NCBI GenBank assembly: GCA_902625415.1 | Contig: CACOBG010000003.1 | Coordinates: 79,507 to 143,506 of the forward strand | Origin: an uncultured SAR86 cluster bacterium | GTDB taxonomy: Bacteria; Pseudomonadota; Gammaproteobacteria; Magnimaribacterales; AG-339-G14 | DNA length: 64,000 nucleotides | Direction: 5' to 3' | Shown: positions 60,830 to 64,000 of the stretch, in pieces | How positions within the stretch are numbered: position 1 is the first letter of the stretch | How the letters are laid out: each line of letters opens with the position of its first letter | Notes under the pieces: model-generated | The model's database searches: none | Told to the model about the DNA's origin: nothing | The model's input: the letters and a program-made list of their open reading frames with translations, nothing else | Translations under genes and position numbers: made by a program

Positions 60830-62263
60830 ATGAAAGTTTGTGAAGAGTTTTATATAAATGGCGAATGGGTAAAACCCGTTAATGACTTAAAAACTTTAGA
60901 TGTTATTAACCCTGCTACAGAGGAAGTCTTCGGAAGAATTGCTTTGGGAGATAAAGACGATGTTGATGCAGCAGTAGAAGCAGCATATACAGCTTTTGAA
61001 AGCTTTGGTTATAGTTCGGTTGACGAACGAGTGAGTTTACTTGAAAAAATATTAGAAATTTATCAGGGTAAATATGACGAAATTGCAGAAACTATTTCTT
61101 CAGAAATGGGTGCTCCGATAGGTTTATCTAAAGCTGCTCAAGCAGCTACCGGTCTTGGTCACTTTAGTACGGCTTTAGAAACTCTAAAAAATTATAAATT
61201 TGAAGAAGTTAAAGGTTCTGCTCTCATAAGAAAAGAGCCAATTGGTGTAGTTGGAATGATCACTCCTTGGAATTGGCCAATAAACCAAATTTCTTGCAAA
61301 GTCGGCCCTGCTCTTGCAGCTGGATGTACTATGGTTCTAAAACCGACTGAAATTGCTCCATTCAATGCAATTCTTTTAGCTGATGTTCTTCATGAAGCAG
61401 GAGTTCCAAAGGGGGTGTTTAATTTAGTAAACGGTGATGGACCTTCTGTTGGTGAAGCAATGTCTGCTCACCCTAAGATTGATATGATGTCTTTCACAGG
61501 ATCTACCAGAGCTGGAGTTGCAGTTGCCAAAGGTTCAGCAGATACTGTTAAAAGAGTTCATCAAGAATTAGGTGGAAAATCAGCAAATATTATTTTAGAC
61601 GATGCTGATTTTGGTAAGGCTGTTACAAAAGGTACAGCTCATATGTTCAACAATACTGGGCAGTCATGTAATGCACCTTCAAGAATGCTTGTTCCTGCCT
61701 CCAGACAAGATGAAGCTAAAGAAGCAGCAAAAGCAGTTGCCGAAGGAATAGTTATCGGAGATCCCTCTGACGAGTCAACTAATATGGGACCTGTTGTTAG
61801 TGATGTCCAATTTAATAAAATTCAAGGTCTTATTGAGAAAGGTATTGAAGAAGGCGCTGAGGTAGTAGTTGGAGGACCTGGAAAGCCTGAAGGCCTAAAT
61901 CAAGGTTATTTTGTCAAACCAACTGTCTTTGCAAACGTTTCCAACGATATGACCATAGCTAGAGAAGAAATTTTCGGGCCTGTTTTATGTATCATTCCTT
62001 ACAAAGATGAAGATGATGCTATAAAGATTGCAAACGATACTCCTTATGGGCTATCGGGTTACGTATCTTCTGAAGATCCTGAACATGCTTTAAGCGTAGC
62101 TAGGAAAATTAGAAGCGGAAATGTTCATATCAATAATAAACCTACAGGAATTGATGCCCCTTTTGGTGGATTTAAGCAATCTGGAAATGGAAGAGAATGG
62201 GGAGAATTTGGCTTTGAAGAGTTTTTAGAAATAAAAGCTGTAATGGGCTACGCCTCAAAATAA
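60830..62263 (+). CDS. Aldehyde dehydrogenase
   Basis: ITPWNWP, FTGS, QELGGKS, GQSCNA (catalytic Cys), EEIFGP, PFGGFKQSG.GRE. Confidence 0.95.
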   Translation: MKVCEEFYINGEWVKPVNDLKTLDVINPATEEVFGRIALGDKDDVDAAVEAAYTAFESFGYSSVDERVSLLEKILEIYQGKYDEIAETISSEMGAPIGLSKAAQAATGLGHFSTALETLKNYKFEEVKGSALIRKEPIGVVGMITPWNWPINQISCKVGPALAAGCTMVLKPTEIAPFNAILLADVLHEAGVPKGVFNLVNGDGPSVGEAMSAHPKIDMMSFTGSTRAGVAVAKGSADTVKRVHQELGGKSANIILDDADFGKAVTKGTAHMFNNTGQSCNAPSRMLVPASRQDEAKEAAKAVAEGIVIGDPSDESTNMGPVVSDVQFNKIQGLIEKGIEEGAEVVVGGPGKPEGLNQGYFVKPTVFANVSNDMTIAREEIFGPVLCIIPYKDEDDAIKIANDTPYGLSGYVSSEDPEHALSVARKIRSGNVHINNKPTGIDAPFGGFKQSGNGREWGEFGFEEFLEIKAVMGYASK

Positions 62264-62278
62264 TAAACTAAAAATAAA

Positions 62279-63247
62279 ATGACTATCTTGGTAACCGGTG
62301 GAGCTGGTTACATAGGTAGTCATTTTGTAAGGCACTTAGAAAGAAGAAAAATTGAATATGTCATAGTAGACAATTTTTCAACAGGGCATAAAAAATTTGT
62401 AAAAAATAAAAAGTTTTTTGAACTCGATCTTAAAGACCCTGAAGAGATTAGAGTAAATCTTCAAGATCAAGAAATCACATCTATAGTTCATTTTGCAGGA
62501 TTATCGATTGTTTCAGACTCTCAAAAAAAGGAAAAAGAGTATTATGAAAATAATGTTCTAGCTTCAATGAACTTAGCAAAGTTTGCTTTAGAAAAAAAAA
62601 TAAGAAAATTTATTTTTTCCTCTTCTGCTGCAGTCTATGGTATCCCTGAAGAAGTTCCTATAAAAGAAAATCATCCAACAAAACCTATAAATAATTATGG
62701 TAAAAACAAGTTGGAGATTGAAAATATCTTAAAAAAATTATCTATGGAATATCCTCTTGATGTTGTTTGCTTAAGATACTTTAATGCTGCTGGTGCAGAT
62801 GAAGACGGAGATATAGGAGAAGAACGAAATCCTGAGACACACCTTATACCCAATATTATCAAATCAGTTTTACAATCAAACGAATTTTTTATTCATGGTG
62901 ATACTTACGATACCAAAGACGGAACTTGTATTAGAGACTATATCCATGTAAATGATTTAGCGAGCGCTCATTTATCATCTCTTAAATTTTTGGATTCTAA
63001 TAAAGGATTTCATATTTTTAATTTAGGTTCTGAACAAGGTTTTTCTGTCATGGAAGTAATCGATGAGTGTCAAAAACTTATGAAGACAGCCATAAAATTT
63101 AAAATTGGTTCAAAAAGAGACGGAGATCCAAACATCTTAGTTGCAGACAATAAAAAATCGATAAGTAAATTAGGTTGGAAATTAGAAAATAACTCTCTTA
63201 AGTCTATAATTTCATCTGCAATTAATTTTCATAAAAATGCCCTTTAA
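62279..63247 (+). CDS. galE: UDP-glucose 4-epimerase
   Basis: TGGAGYIGSH, HFAG, FSSSAAVYG, YGKNK, LRYFNAAGA, RDYIHV.DLA. Confidence 0.94.
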   Translation: MTILVTGGAGYIGSHFVRHLERRKIEYVIVDNFSTGHKKFVKNKKFFELDLKDPEEIRVNLQDQEITSIVHFAGLSIVSDSQKKEKEYYENNVLASMNLAKFALEKKIRKFIFSSSAAVYGIPEEVPIKENHPTKPINNYGKNKLEIENILKKLSMEYPLDVVCLRYFNAAGADEDGDIGEERNPETHLIPNIIKSVLQSNEFFIHGDTYDTKDGTCIRDYIHVNDLASAHLSSLKFLDSNKGFHIFNLGSEQGFSVMEVIDECQKLMKTAIKFKIGSKRDGDPNILVADNKKSISKLGWKLENNSLKSIISSAINFHKNAL

Positions 63248-64000
63248 CTTACTCGTAAAAGTTTTCGTGATTGGAACATTATCGTTATCAGCTTTTGCAG
63301 ATCCATGGCTTAGTGGAAAAGACGAATTTGAAGTAAAAAAATTGGAATATTTTTCAATTAAAAATCAATTTTCTATCGATTCATCTGCCTACCCCATTCC
63401 CTTGGCGCTTGTGAGAAATCCCAATGAAGATATGTTCAATAACATGTCATTAATGAATGAGTATATTGAAGTTGCAGATAAAATTATTCAAAGAGAATCA
63501 AAAAAATTTATCAATGAGATTGGATTCTCATCAAACTCCGAGTTCAATCCATTTAGGTTTATAGATAGTAAATTTAAAGACAAAAATTCTTTATTCTTTT
63601 CTACTTCTTATCTAGGAGAAAGGTTTGCATCAAAAGTTTCAATCACAACTTTTGAAAACCCTTATCAAGAAAAAAAATATGATTTTAGTGATTCTTATCT
63701 TGCCTTAGTTTCAGGAAATTTTATTTTAGGTGTTGGAAACTATGATAGGTGGTGGGGTCCTTCTCACCATGCAAGTTTGATTCTCTCAAATTATTCCAAA
63801 TCTTCTCCTGGATTATTTATTAGATCGCTTGAGGGTTTTACTTCCCCCCTCCCCTTGATTAGAAGTTTTGGAAAGTTGAATTTCTCCTTTTTTGCAAATC
63901 AATTAGAAAGTAAAAGAGCAATAAAAAATCCTTTTTTAATTTCTGGAAGATTATCGTTTAATCCAATAAGTGGCCTAACTATAGGCCTGACAAGATCAAT
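63237..64000 (+). CDS. wzi: Capsule assembly Wzi-like outer-membrane protein, partial (runs off the window)
   Basis: Manual translation MPFNLLVKVFVIGTLSLSAFADPW...; contains DSYLA...G.GNYDRWWGPSHHASLILSN, matching the Wzi RWWGP..SLILSN motif. Confidence 0.72.
   Translation, partial: MPFNLLVKVFVIGTLSLSAFADPWLSGKDEFEVKKLEYFSIKNQFSIDSSAYPIPLALVRNPNEDMFNNMSLMNEYIEVADKIIQRESKKFINEIGFSSNSEFNPFRFIDSKFKDKNSLFFSTSYLGERFASKVSITTFENPYQEKKYDFSDSYLALVSGNFILGVGNYDRWWGPSHHASLILSNYSKSSPGLFIRSLEGFTSPLPLIRSFGKLNFSFFANQLESKRAIKNPFLISGRLSFNPISGLTIGLTRS

Overview
Very AT-rich, gene-dense bacterial chromosome segment with tiny intergenic spacers and many overlapping genes. Gene content and synteny (purM/DUF2066/hda, purN, smc-zipA-ligA, ccmABCDEFGHI, an E. 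coli-type LexA box) point to a streamlined marine gammaproteobacterium. A SAR86-like assignment is inferred, not tested. Core genes include xseA, sppA, purMN, dcd, recR, dnaX, recX, nadAC, pyrB, ligA, smc, hisI, metY and galE. The window also has three tRNAs (Val-GAC, Leu-TAG, Arg-CCT), a SAM-II riboswitch with a terminator/antiterminator platform before metY, an SOS-box-controlled umuDC, many acyl-CoA/lipid catabolic genes and a partial wzi at the right edge. No CRISPR array, rRNA, integrase or transposase was seen. The most notable observations are: (1) an 810-aa SMC with intact ATPase heads but no recognisable hinge or zinc hook; (2) a prodomain-less metzincin lipoprotein facing a stand-alone, membrane-anchored propeptide-like protein, a candidate protease/chaperone-inhibitor pair; (3) a msrA-trx-msrB gene whose stop codon lies inside tRNA-Val; (4) an FeS-less (6-4) photolyase coupled to an unannotated 4-Cys peptide; (5) a five-gene beta-helix/diheme cytochrome/rhodanese operon of unknown function; (6) an Hda lacking Walker A; (7) an A10 slippage-like run in dnaX; and (8) recurrent signatures of leaderless mRNAs. 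All family calls come from motif recognition by eye; no database search was run.
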